This document shows positions 13,259 through 26,707 of a stretch of DNA of 64,000 nucleotides, in pieces (position 1 is the first letter of the stretch; the number at the start of each line of letters is the position of its first letter). Source of the DNA: Octopus vulgaris (Eukaryota); assembly GCA_951406725.2 (NCBI GenBank), contig OX597830.1, positions 7,998,001 through 8,062,000 on the forward strand, read 5' to 3'. Position numbers and translations under genes: made by a program. Below the pieces are notes generated by a model that worked only from the letters and a program-made list of their open reading frames with translations, was not told the DNA's origin and made no database searches.

Positions 13259-14091
13259 AAACTCAAGAAATATAAGAAAAAACATAACATTACAAACTCG
13301 ATAGCCAACCGTAGAATTCGTCGTAGCTTGTACGAATGTTTATCCTTACATATCTATGAAAATGGCGGGCTTTTTCGCAATGCATTTCGGTAACAAATTG
13401 CCTAGTCGGAATAAAAATTCAGTATTGAACTATTCCGGTGAAAAATATAAATTAACGATTGAGGATAAAATCTTTAAAAGAAATTATATATATATATATG
13501 TATGTATGTATATATATAAAAGAGACTGGTAAAATAAGCACCGGGCTTGCAAAGAAAAAGTCCTGGTGTCGATTCGTTTGACTCAAGGCGCTGCTCCAGC
13601 ATAGCCGCAGTCAAATGACTGAATCAAATAAAAGAATTAAAGAATAAGAAAAATAGAAGTTGAAAATGCACTGAGAAAAGTTAGAATATTTTTTATTTAA
13701 AGATTTAACACCGGTTTACACTAATTTTCAAAAATTTGAAGTAGAAAGACTTGGCTTACGTCGCAGCTGCTTTTGCTTCCGGAGTTCATGGCTCAAATCA
13801 GTGTATGTTTTGATTCGTAAAGGACAGTCACATGACTGGTCTTAGAAGTTTTTATTGGTTCCCCGCTACGTCCATGTGTTAGTATCAAGTAACAATGTTT
13901 AGCATCGTAAGTTAAGACTGACACGGTTGACTGAACAAGTCTAGTGGTAGTACTAAACGACCAATGCTCTCAATGTTTTCTGTCAAGTGTTTGTGGAGAA
14001 GGAACACGTGATTAAGTTTAGAACCTTCTGCATGTTTCCCGCTACGTCCGTACGTTAGTGTCACGTGACAGTATATTTTACGCCTAAAATG

Positions 14092-14322
14092 AAGACCGAG
14101 CTGGCAGAAACGTTAGCGCGCCGGACGAAATGCGTAGCCGTATTTCGTCTGTCGTTACGTTCTGAGTTCAAATTCCGCCGAGGTCGACTTTGCCTTTCAT
14201 CCTTTCGGGGTCGATAAATTAAGTACCAGTTACGTACTGGGGTCGTGTAATCGATTTAATCCGTTTGTCTGTCCTTGTTTGTCCCCTCTGTGTTTAGCCC
14301 CTTGTGGGTAGTAAAGAAATAG
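14092..14322 (+). mobile_element. SINE family B (Nin/Deu-like central domain)
   Basis: GAGCTGGCAGAAACGTTAGC...GAGTTCAAATTCCGCCGAGGTCGACTTTGCCTTTCATCCTTTCGGGGTCGATAAATTAAGTACCAG. Confidence 0.88.
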
Positions 14323-14767
14323 GTTGAGTGAACATGTTTCGTTACAATCAATCACATGAATGTATATAATTGAGTGTGTATTAAATAAATTTCGCAACAT
14401 AGATTTAGAACTCCTTTCGTTTCATTACATTCCACACGGTCCAGGGTTCGATTCCACAGCATGGCATCGTGGACAAATGTCATTTTCTATGACTTCGGAT
14501 TGAGCCATACTTTGTAAGTGAAACTACATGGACGAAAACTGTGCTGAAGCCCATTAGAGGGATTGTACATTTTATTCGAAGATATAGCCTTGTCACACGC
14601 ATTTTCCCGCTGATTCTACCCGAGGATGAGCTTAAGTCTCCATGAAATACTCAGCCCCTTAAATATTAATTCAGGGGTTGGTAATTCTGTTAATCAAACA
14701 ACTGAATCGTCTTCATCAAAGAAGAGAGAGATCCACCTCACTCCAACCATTTTTATTTAGTGCTTCT

Positions 14768-14840
14768 ACAGTAATCCCTCGACTATCGCCAGTGTTGCGT
14801 TCGAAAAAAATATCCGCGAAATAGAAACAGTACTGTACTC
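14768..14840 (+). mobile_element. Possible pogo/Tigger-like left end, interrupted by SINEs
   Basis: TA-CAGTAATCCCTCGACTATCGC resembles Tigger TIRs; no right end identified. Confidence 0.35.
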
Positions 14841-14850
14841 TCTCTCTTTT

Positions 14851-15211
14851 TACTCTTTTACTTGTTTCAGTGATTTGACTGCGGCCATGCTGGGACTTAT
14901 TCTTTTGTAAGCCCAGTACTTATTCTATCGGTCTCTTTTGCAGAACCGCTAAGTTACGGGGACATAAACACACCAGCATCGGTTGTCAAGCAATGCTAGG
15001 GGGACAAACACAGACACACAAACACACACACGCATATATATATATACATATATACGACGGGCTTCTTTCAGTTTCCGTCTACCAAATCCACTCACAAGGC
15101 TTTGGTCGGCCCGAGGCTATAGTAGAAGACACTTGGTGCCAGGCAGTGGGATTGAACCCGGAACCATGTGGTTGGTAAACAAGCTACTTACCACACAGCC
15201 ACTCCTGCGCC
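14851..15211 (-). mobile_element. SINE family A
   Basis: Near full-length reverse copy. Confidence 0.9.
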
Positions 15212-15257
15212 TATACATTTCATTGTGCTGTACTGTACATTTCATTATTATTATTTT

Positions 15258-15638
15258 TGTGTGGTAAGTAGCTTGCTAACCAACCACATGGTTCCGGGTT
15301 CAGTCCCACTGCGTGGCATCTTGGGCAAGTGTCTTCTGCTGTAGCTCCGGGCCGACCAATGCCTTGTGAGTGGATTTGGTAGATAGAAACTGAAAGAAGC
15401 CTGTCGTATATATGTATATATATATATATAAGTGTGTGTGTTTCTGTGTTTGTCCCCCTAGCATTGCTTGACAACCGATGCTGGTGTGTTTACGTCCCCG
15501 TCACTTAGCGGTTCGGCAAAAGAGACCGATAGAATAAGTACTGGGCTTACAAAGAATAAGTCCCGGGGTCGATTTGCTTGACTAAAGGCGGTGCTCCAGC
15601 ATGGCCGCAGTCAAATGACTGAAACAAGTAAAAGAGTA
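15258..15638 (+). mobile_element. SINE family A
   Basis: Near full-length copy, head-to-head with 14851-15211. Confidence 0.9.
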
Positions 15639-15791
15639 TATAATAATTTTATTATCAATGCAAACCAAGACCACCGAAGAATCGACGTAAGCTTCAATAA
15701 TAAACCGCGAGAGGTCTCTGTGAGCATTGGCTAACAGCAGTGTTTTAGTTTGGTTCCCGCGCTGATTGTGAAAAAGAATCCTAGCAACTTA

Positions 15792-16196
15792 GGCGCATGC
15801 GTGGCTGTGTGGTAAGAAGTTTACTTCCCGACCACATGGTTCCGGGTTCATTCCTCCCGCATAGGCATGGCACCTTGGGCAAGAGTCTTCTATAGTCTTG
15901 GGGCGACTAAAGCTTTGTAAGTAGATTTGGTAGACGGAAACTGAAAGAATCCCGTACTATATATATGCATATATCTATATGTTTATATATGTGTGTGTCT
16001 TTGCGTCAGTGTTTGCCACACCACCACCGCTTGACAACCGGTGTGTGTTTGCTTACATTTCTCTAACCTAGCGGTTCGGCAAAAGAGCCCGACCTAGTAA
16101 AAAAAATAACTACTGGGGCCTATTCGTTCGACTAAAATCTCTCCAAGGTGGTGCCCCAGCATGGCCGCAGTCTAATGACTGAAAAAGATAAAAGAA
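15792..16196 (+). mobile_element. SINE family A (diverged)
   Basis: Head-to-tail similarity with the other copies. Confidence 0.85.
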
Positions 16197-16260
16197 CATA
16201 ACAGTAATGTGTGTAGCCCCTAAAAGTGTCATTTTCTATACGTGGTACACATGTATACAT

Positions 16261-16703
16261 TATTTACATTTGACGGATATTTGTCCTCATCTTGTTTGTT
16301 GTTAACACAACGTTTCGACTGATATACCCTCAAGCCTTCATCAGGTGTCTTGGGGGAAATTTCGAACCTGGATTCTCATACCTAAGGTATTTTTCGCTGT
16401 TATTATTATTATTATTATTAAGGTCACTGCCTGGAATCGAACTCGGAATCTTGAGGTTAGTAGCCCATGCTCTTAACCACTACGCAATATGCCCATGAGC
16501 AATTATGGAGTGAATTTTAGAGCTCATAAATCCAGGCAGTGACCTGAATAATAATAATAATAATAATAACACCCTAATACCTTAGGAATGAGAACCCAGA
16601 ATCGAAATTTCCCCAAGACACCTGAAGAAGGCTGGCGGGTATATCAGCTGAAACGTTGTGTTAGCAACAAACAAGATGAGGACTAATATCCGTCAAATGT
16701 AAA
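16261..16703. mobile_element. Head-to-head pair of a tRNA-headed, hammerhead-containing short element
   Basis: 16261-16435 and 16531-16703 are inverted copies. A tRNA-like head lies at 16422-16494(-). HHRs at 16304-16349(-) and 16617-16662(+). Confidence 0.8.
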
Positions 16704-16936
16704 CAATATACATAATTCCTCATCTCTTAAATATAGAACTGTTTATTACACATGTATATGATTTTGAGGTTTTGGTTTTGATAAAAATCAAAAATCTTTG
16801 ATTTTTAATCAACACCCAGACATTTGTTAAAATAGGGATTGTTTCTGTTTTCAGTCGCCATGTTCTGTTTCCCTGTGTTTCCACGTGTTTACATTTCGAT
16901 AGTAGTTCCTTGTTTTCCATTCATTTTAGAAATATA

Positions 16937-17185
16937 CTAGCAGTATCGCCCGGCGTTGCTCGGGTTTGTTTCGACCCTTTAGAATTGGAATTTTTGACAA
17001 GTAAAAATTTTGCATTACGTAGCTTGTTATTTTCTTTAAGTGAACGTTTTTCTGGTTGAAATACACCGAAAAATAGCGACACAGCAATCAAACAATCGTA
17101 AAAACATCTTGTTGGTGTTAATATGGTCCGATTTGAATTTTATCTTCTACGGAATGAAGAGCAAGCCTTCTTCTATCATACTCTC
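16937..17185 (-). mobile_element. Helitron 3' portion with the same terminus as 1595
   Basis: CTAGCAGTATCGCCCGGCGTTGCTCGGGTTTGT is identical to the sequence starting at 1595; the far boundary is uncertain. Confidence 0.55.
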
Positions 17186-18134
17186 AATTTTGGTCAACTT
17201 GGTGGTGGTGGTGGTGGTGGTGGTGGTTGTGGTGGTGGTGGTGGTGGTGGTGATTGTGGTGGTGGTGGTTGTGGTGGTGGATGTCACAGCAACGTAAAAA
17301 TGTGGCCCAAGTCATTTTGTGTTCGAATGTCCAGTTGTGAAATGAAAGTAATGAAGACAAATCATTGTGGAAGAGGAGGAAGAGGAGAGGGGGAAGGGAG
17401 AGTAAGAGGAAGGGGAGGGGGAAGAGGAGGTTAAGTATGATGTGGTATTGATAATGATGGTGGTCGTGGTGGTGACAACGAAGATGACGTCGATGATGAT
17501 GTTGAAGAAGTCAACGAAGAAGAAGAAGACAAAGAAAACAAAGAAGGTGGTAGTGGTAAAATTTCTGACAAAAGAGCTTCGTCTCTCAAGTGGAATATTA
17601 TAAATGGAAGAATTAAGGGAAATATTTTGGTTTTGGTCGTCTGAAGTAGGTTGTCTGTTGAAGAGCAACAGATTCAGAAGAGAGAAACTGGATAACGACT
17701 TGAAAGGGAGGAAAGCGAAAGTAGAATAAAAGAAAGAATTAACAATTGCAGGATGGGAGATGGAGAGAGGAGCGGAGGATGGAATGACAGAAGAAGAACA
17801 TCATAAGAAAGAACAACAAAAAAGAACACATTGAGAGCAAGGAAGAATAATTCTTTATCCTTTGTAGAATCGGTGAAAAAAAAAAAATGAGATAAAAACG
17901 AAAAACTAAACGAGAAAAAATGTAATAAAGTCATATATTTTATAAAAAAAAAAAAAAGCACGATGAGACGGAAAGAATTCTTAGAGATGGCAATGTGGCA
18001 GACAGGCTTGTGAAAGGAGATCCATGCTATCGAATAAAGGAAACGGTAATTCGGAAAGTACCAATATTTCTGAGAACAAAACAGCCTAAAGAATTTCCAT
18101 TTGGGATACAAACGAACTGAGAGAGAAAGAGACA

Positions 18135-18176
<42 letters not shown>

Positions 18177-18420
18177 ACATTGACTGGGAAGGGAAGTAAA
18201 ATTGTTTGGTTGAAGTGGCGGGCGGTGGTGGTGGTGGTGGTGGTGGTGGTGCGTGAGATATAAAAGTGTGGGTATATATATGCGTATGTCTCTGTGTGTG
18301 TATGCGCATATATATATATACATATATATATGTGTGTATGTATACATAAGTACATGCATACATATGCATACATACATGCATACATACATATAGATATATA
18401 TATATATGCGTATACATATA

Positions 18421-18466
<46 letters not shown>

Positions 18467-18506
18467 ATATGTGCGTGTTTATATGTATATGTATATATAT
18501 ATATAT

Positions 18507-18540
<34 letters not shown>

Positions 18541-18808
18541 GTGCGTGTTTATATATATATATGTATGTATGTGAGTGTTTATATATATATATATGTATGT
18601 ATGTGCGTGTTTATATATATATATGTATGTATGTGCGTGTTTATATATATATATGTATGTATGTGCGTGTTTATATATATATATATATATGTATGTATGT
18701 GCGTGTTTATATATATATATATATGTATGTATGTGCGTGTTTATATATATATATATATGTATGTATGTGCGTGTTTATATATATATATATATATGTATGT
18801 ATGTGCGT

Positions 18809-18860
<52 letters not shown>

Positions 18861-20132
18861 GCGTGTTTATATATATATATATGTATGTATGTGCGTGTTT
18901 ATATGTATATATATATAAACTCTCAACTCCCTAAATAGACTAACATATAAACACAGCGCAAAAGCAAATTTTAGAAAGAAGCTTCTGGAAATATCTCCAA
19001 AGAAGAAATGTCATTCAGAACATTTCGGACAATCAAAATCAAACAGAAATAAACTCCATTTGGCTGCATGAATAGCTAGAAATAGCAGGCAAATGTTTCT
19101 CAGATTACAACGAACTGTCTTGAAATAGGAAAGACACATCGGATAATATAATCCTAGACAGTGACTGACTGGCCAAGTTGCCAATGGCAAGTGGGCCCTT
19201 GCGCCATTAGAATCCATATATGGAGAACCATGTTAGTATCTAATGCGCCCATCCCCTAAGTGTGAGAATTTTATGTTCACCCCTGGAAGAATAAATCAAT
19301 TATTTCAGCCTGGCTGTATTTGTAGACAGTTGGAAAGAATACTTTTAACAAAAATGAAAAAATTAAATCATAGCATTGTAGTTGCAGGTGGGCCCCCTTG
19401 TAGTTGCAGGTGGGATCCCTTGTAGTTGCAGGTGGGCAACCAATATTTTTAGACCCAGTCCGCCACTGATCCTAGATACACTATATCTGGAGAAAGAGAA
19501 TATTGTAATGGTTGAAAGATTTTCGTGGGTCTTTTTGGAAGAGGGCAAATCTTGTTCAAAGCTCCAACAACTAGAGAGCTATTGGTGTAAATAAAAAACC
19601 AAAATCCTAACCTAAGAAGTTGAAAAGTAGACCTGGAATAGAAGAATACCTTCTCGGTTCAGTAACGTTTCTGCTAACGTTTCTTCCAGCTCGCCGCCTA
19701 AAATATTATATACGTGCCCAACACACACACACAGATATATATATCAGCACAAATAAAGGTTACAAACCTCATTCGGGGATAGCCTTATCCTATGAACGCA
19801 CTGATTGGTTACCTATACAAAGAATATTAAACATTACAGTTAATATTCAACCGCAAGATAACTGTATAAACCGTGGTGTATGTATATTTATTTACTACAA
19901 AAATAAGATGAGAAAATAGAGAAATGATAAATTAATATTTATTAATTAATTATTATCAATTAATTTTAAAAATTGACAAATATCCATTACAGCTGTTTCA
20001 ATTCAGGCCCTCAGAAAATTAATTAATTAAATAAATTAAAAATTATTTGAAAGTCGATTCTCTCCAGAGGTAGATATATATATCTACCTCTGAAGAGATT
20101 CGATTTTCAAAGAATTTTACATATATATATAA

Positions 20133-20244
<112 letters not shown>

Positions 20245-20320
20245 ACTTTTAAACATCTAATTATTAAAGTGGTAAAAACTACCAATAAAATCATTTCTAT
20301 TCAACTTTTTAACTATACAC

Positions 20321-20753
20321 TTTATTCTTTTAATTGTTTCAGTCATTTGACTGCGTCCATGCTGGAGCGCCGCCTTTAGTCGAACAAATCATTTTATTCT
20401 TCGTAAGTCTTGTACTCATGCTATCGGTCTCTTATACCCAACCGCTAATTTACGGGGACGTAAACACACCAGCATCGCTTATCAAGCGATGGTAGGGGAC
20501 AAACACAAACACAAATATATACACATACGCATATATGTGTGTGTGTGTGTGTATGTATTTATGTATGTATATATATACAACGTACTTCTTTCAGTTTCCA
20601 TCCACTAAATCTACTCACAAGGATTTGGTCGGCCCGAGGCTATAGTAGAAGACACTTGTCCAAGGTGCCATGCACTGGGATTGAACACGGAAGCATGTGA
20701 TTGGAAGCATGTGATTGGGAAGCAAGCCACTTACCACACAGCCACTCCTGCGC
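20321..20753 (-). mobile_element. SINE family A
   Basis: Full-length reverse copy. Confidence 0.88.
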
Positions 20754-20990
20754 TTATATATATATATAATATGACTATTTGATGAATGTTGTTGCTTATA
20801 TATTTCCTAATGTGATTAATGCATAGCTGAGCATAATTCTTCCTGTCGGATGTATTTTGAATACATCCATCGAAACATACGTAGAAGATATGAAGATATA
20901 ACTTTTTAATAACATCCTGACACCCTGAGTGTTTGTCTCCGTTTTAATTTTTTTCATATATATATATATATATATAAATGTGTGTGTGTG

Positions 20991-21043
<53 letters not shown>

Positions 21044-21162
21044 AGAATGTTGGCCTGCCCGCTTGACCAGTGGGATGGCGTCATTCGAAAGCTAAAACGA
21101 TGTAAAAAGGATCGTGACTATCAATGTGTAACAACAGCTGATAGTCTGGTCGGTTACGAGAT

Positions 21163-21213
<51 letters not shown>

Positions 21214-21221
21214 CATACATA

Positions 21222-21410
21222 CATACATATATCTACGTGAGAGTGTATGTGTATGTGTGTTTGCATTGTAGTATGTTTATATTTGCGTGAATGTGTTAAG
21301 CAGATAATAACTAACATAGCCGGCTTCTGAGACACGTAACTATATTAAAATAGACCACAGTGTATTACTGGTAATTATATAATTCACAGCTTATTCTTCA
21401 CGATTACCAC

Positions 21411-21454
<44 letters not shown>

Positions 21455-21588
21455 GACTCTCCACACACACACACACTTGCATGTATATGCATAGATATTT
21501 TTGTGTGTATGCATGTAATATGCATGTATATTTACACACACACATGCATGCCTACACACTTATATATATATATATACACAATTTACGC

Positions 21589-21619
<31 letters not shown>

Positions 21620-21909
21620 GATACACATACTTATATGTGGATATATAATTATGTATATATACACACATACATACATATATATGTATATGCGTTTATACAT
21701 ACATACGTATCATACATATATCTACGTGAGAGTGTGTGTATGTGTATGTGTATGTGTGTTTGCATTGTAGTATGTTTATATTTGCGTGAATGTGTTAAGC
21801 AGATAATAACTAACATAGCCGGCTTCTGAGACACGTAACTATATTAAAATAGACCACAGTGTATTACTGGTAATTATATAATTCACAGCTTATTCTTCAC
21901 GATTACCAC

Positions 21910-21952
<43 letters not shown>

Positions 21953-22204
21953 ACGCTCCACACACACACACACACACTTGCATGTATATGCATAGATATT
22001 TTTGTGTGTATGCATGTAATATGCATGTATATTTACACACACACTTGCATGCCTACACACTTATATATATATGCATAATTTACGCCAGCATATATATATA
22101 CATATATATGTAGATACACATACTTATATGTGGATATATAATTATGTATATATACACACATACATACATATATATGTATATGCGTTTATACATACATACG
22201 TATC
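21222..22204. repeat. Local tandem duplication, ~489-bp unit x2
   Basis: TCTACGTGAGAG at 21232 and 21721. Unique parts match; embedded microsatellite lengths differ. Confidence 0.9.
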
Positions 22205-22326
22205 TGTATGCATATATGTAATGTGTGTATTGCTTGTGTGTGTGTGTATGTGGTTGTGTGTTTGCCTGTCTGTGTGTGAGAGAGAGTGTGTGCGTGTGTG
22301 TGCGTGTGTGTGCGTGTGTGTGCGTG

Positions 22327-22379
<53 letters not shown>

Positions 22380-22539
22380 TCCTCGAGGAACAACTGCATC
22401 AGCAACATCAAAGGCTACATCAAGGATAGCAACAATACTAAGAAGAACAACAACAGCAACTATTATGACGACGATGACGGCAGCAGCATCGGTAAGAAAA
22501 AAGATCAAAATCACCATCATTGCCCTCATCTTCATAACC

Positions 22540-23160
22540 ATCGTTATGACCATCATCATCATCATCATCATCATCAAAACTATCATCATTCATACCTTTA
22601 TCAGCACCCCTATCATCATCATCATCATCATCACTATCATCGTTGTCATTATCATCGTCGTCATCATCATCGTCATTATCATCGTCGTCGTCATCATCAT
22701 CATCATCATCACTATCGTCGTCGTCATTATCATCGTCGTCGTCATCATCATCATTGTGTCCACCATCAACATCGTCATCATCATCCTTATCTCTTCTTCT
22801 ATCACCACCGTTTGAACCACCGCCACCATCATCATCGTCATCATCATCATCGTCATAAGCATCGTCAACATCATCATCACAGTGTCCACCATCAACATCG
22901 TCATCATCATCATCTCTTCCTCCATCACTACCTCTTCAACCACCACCATCATTGTCATCATTCTCGTCTCCGCCATCAAAAGCACAACAAACACAAGAAA
23001 CAACAACAACAACAAAAATAACAGGAACAACGACAGCATCAACAACCACAATAACAACAATGACATGAAGATCTTGAACCTAGGAACCCCAGAAACCATC
23101 AGGGAAGCAAACAACAACAGCAACAACAACAACAGCAACAACAACAACAACACTGCTTGT
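22540..23160. repeat. (CAT/CGT)n and (CAA)n degenerate tracts
   Basis: Seen directly. Confidence 0.9.
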
Positions 23161-23498
23161 CAAAACATAACAACAACGTGACGAAACCACTCGCAAGAGA
23201 AGTGGCGACAACGGCAAAGGGCAACGACAACAAGATCTGGAAGAACAACAGGGATATTGTCAGGAAGAAGAAGAACAAGAACAACTGCAAGTATGATAAC
23301 AGCAATGGGAACGGTACAACAATTCTGCTAACAAGAGCAGTAACAACAATATCGACGACAACAACAAAAATAGGGACAGCAGCAGCAGCAAGAGTTTGAA
23401 GAACAACAACGGTCAACAGTGAGACAAGGAACAACAACAACAACAACAACAATGGAAACTTCTTGATAAATCAATACAAGATTTTACAGGTGTATGTG

Positions 23499-23535
<37 letters not shown>

Positions 23536-23573
23536 GTGTGTGCGTGTGTGTGTGTGTGTTTGTAGATATGTTG

Positions 23574-23624
<51 letters not shown>

Positions 23625-23639
23625 CACGTATATATAAAC

Positions 23640-23678
<39 letters not shown>

Positions 23679-24383
23679 TGTTTACATAATATATATACCG
23701 ATATACAAACATATATTATATATATATACATATATATTTGTGCGCCTGCGCTCGTGTAAGAGTGTATTTGTGCGTCACGTGGTCGGCTGTTATTTATCCA
23801 AGTGATATAAGCTGCGGGGGCAGCGGTGAAGTTGGTGGTGGTGGTCATCGTCGTCGTCGTGGTTGTCATTTTGGACCAAATAATAATAAGAAGAAAAACA
23901 AAAAACTTCAGAACAAGGAAAAAAAAACAAATATTTATGTAGAAAATGAAGAAAACAAAAGAAAGAAAGGAAGAGGGAAACGAAAAAAGAAAAAAAAACG
24001 AAAAGAGGAAACAAGGCAGCCAAGAGAAGGTCTTCTTTATAGGTTAGATCGATGTAAACATCGTGAAGAAATTGCCAATAGGCACGTGACTGCGCGACTC
24101 CATCTTAAATGATTGCCATTCATCAAATGGAAATGTTTGCTTTTGCGACAGTAGCCAATCTGATTGCAGATCAAAGCCAGCGCACTTTAAATGGTTTATA
24201 CCAGAGACAACTCTGCTGTAAGTGTATGTAGCTCGAGATATGTGTGTGCGTACGTGTGTATATAGGTGTGTGTATGTGTGTGTATGTGTATATAGGTGTG
24301 TGTATGTATATATGTGTGTGTGTATACATATGTGTATGTGCATATGTGTGTATCTGTGTGTGTATATATATGTGTGTATGTGT

Positions 24384-24421
<38 letters not shown>

Positions 24422-24848
24422 ATATATGTGTGTGTATGTATGCATATATATATATGTATATATGTATGTGTGTGTATTTGTTTATTTACGTTTATACGTA
24501 TATAGGTATATATATATATATATATATATATAAACATATTTATATACGTGGTGAATGTATCTAAGTATAGATAGATACACAGATGCGTGTGTACGTGTAT
24601 ATATATACATATGCTCACGTGTGTGTGTTGAGAATGTATCTGGGTATGTATGTATATATTTATATGTATGTATATATATATATACATACATGTATATATA
24701 TATACACATATATATATATACATGTATATAATATATATACATATATTATATATATATATATACATGTATATATATATATACATATATTATATATATATAT
24801 ATACATGTATATATATATATACATATATTATATATATATATATACATG

Positions 24849-24897
<49 letters not shown>

Positions 24898-24933
24898 ATA
24901 TATATACATATATTATATATATATATATACATG

Positions 24934-25011
<78 letters not shown>

Positions 25012-25526
25012 CATGTATATATATATACATATACATGTATATATATATACATATATTATATATATATATATGCATGTATATATATATACATATACATGTA
25101 TATATATATATATATACATATATTATACATATATATATATATGTATATGTATGTATGTATCTTGGTACATATACATGTATATATATACACACGAAAATAT
25201 ACATATATATGTGTGTGTGTGTATTTACATCTGTGTTGGAGGGTAGAGAGATAGACACACGGACAGAGAGAGAGAGTGGTGGATTGATAGAGAGATATAT
25301 GTATGTGCGTGTGTGTATGCATGTAGATTTGTGATTTTATTTCTGCGCGTTTGTGTCAGTTGATTATACATAAAAAAATATGCTTTTGTGTGGTGTGGAG
25401 CGAGGTTGTGTGTGTGCGTCCGTACGTTTGTGTGTGCAGATGAATTAGGATGGTGCGATAGCGTATGATTATGTATCTTTTGCAAATATGTAGATGTGTG
25501 TGTGTGTGTTTGTGTTGGCATCACAG

Positions 25527-26595
25527 AGTTGTCGGACTAGTTCTGTAGCGCGCCAACAGAGGGCAGCACACAGTTGTGTGCGCAGTGGGAGCGAGCAGTG
25601 ACCTTCATGAAGCAATGTGCCGAGTGATGTCGGTTGTGTTTATTTCGCAAGTTGTGAAATTTGTATTTTTGTGATCACGTGTATGCTGTAGTCCACTTCC
25701 AAGCCGGAAGAACGTCCCTGGAAGACCAGCCATTGGGGTCAACCTCCCGGAAATGTGCAGAAAATTCATCAGTTTGTGCATAAGGATCGCCGGAGGACAA
25801 TCAACAACATTGTTGTGGTTGTTGGTTTGTCGTATGGGACCGCGCAAGCGATCCTAAAGTCTGAATTGAACATGCGGCGTGTCTCTGCCAAGTTTGTCGT
25901 CCCCCATCTACTGACCACTGAGTAGAAAGAACATCAAGTCGATGTCTGTCAAGATCTCCATCAGCGTGCTACTGGTGACCCATCCTTCATGTCGAGGATC
26001 ATCAACGGTGACGAGAGTTGGGTCTGCAGGTACGGCCCTTAGACGAAACAGCAGTCATTACAATGGAAGAGACTTTCATCTCCACAACCGAAGAAAGCAC
26101 AACAGAGCCGCATCTGAATCTAGAGCATGCTCATCGGTTTTTTTTTGTGGGGGGGTGTCTGACATCCACGATATTGTGCATCAAATCCAGATTTCAACTG
26201 CGACGCTTTGAAGCGTTTGAGGGAGGGCATCCGACGAAATCCGCCGGATCTGTGAAGCGCCAAGAATTGGATTCTTCACGGCGACAATGCACCTTGTCAC
26301 CAATGCTCGGCACTCGTGAGTTTCTCGCCAAAAACAACATGGTACCGCTTCCCCAAGATGAAAATGCAGCTCAAAGGTGGCCGCTTTAACACCTTTGTTG
26401 AGATCAAGATCGAGTCGCAGGTGTTCCTCGACTCGATTACGGAAAACGACTTCCAGGCCGGATTCCACAAGTGGTAGGAACGCTGAGACCGGTGTATTGA
26501 TGCACAAGGAAGAAGATGGTTTTAAAACTTAGGTACATAATTTACTTTTTTATTAAACATAACTAGTCCGGGAACATTTTTTACCACTATCGTAT
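25527..26595 (+). mobile_element. Decayed mariner transposon of a second family
   Basis: Broken transposase with DRRRTI, GLSYGTAQAILKSELNMRRVSAKFV, IINGDESWV and WILHGDNAPCH. Partial inverted ends (CGGACTAGTT / AACTAGTCCG). Confidence 0.8.
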
Positions 26596-26596
26596 A

Positions 26597-26707
26597 TACG
26601 AAGGGTGTATGAAAAAGTCTTGAGCCTCAAAAAAACAATACATGGTACGAAACTTCTGATGAAGGTACAAAACTTCAAGGCTCAAAACGTTTCATACACC
26701 CCTAGTA
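26597..26707. mobile_element. ~110-bp mariner-type MITE
   Basis: Imperfect TIRs TACGAAGGGTGTATGAAAAAGTCTTGAGCCT / AGGCTCAAAACGTTTCATACACCCCTAGTA. Confidence 0.55.

Noticed and set aside
16422-16494. Genuine tRNA gene (likewise the heads near 480-548 and 1996-2065)
   Set aside because: Acceptor and anticodon stems pair poorly and the heads run directly into repeat bodies, so they are SINE heads.
22071-23153. His-rich and Met-rich ORFs
   Set aside because: Translations of (CAT)n/(ATG)n simple repeats.
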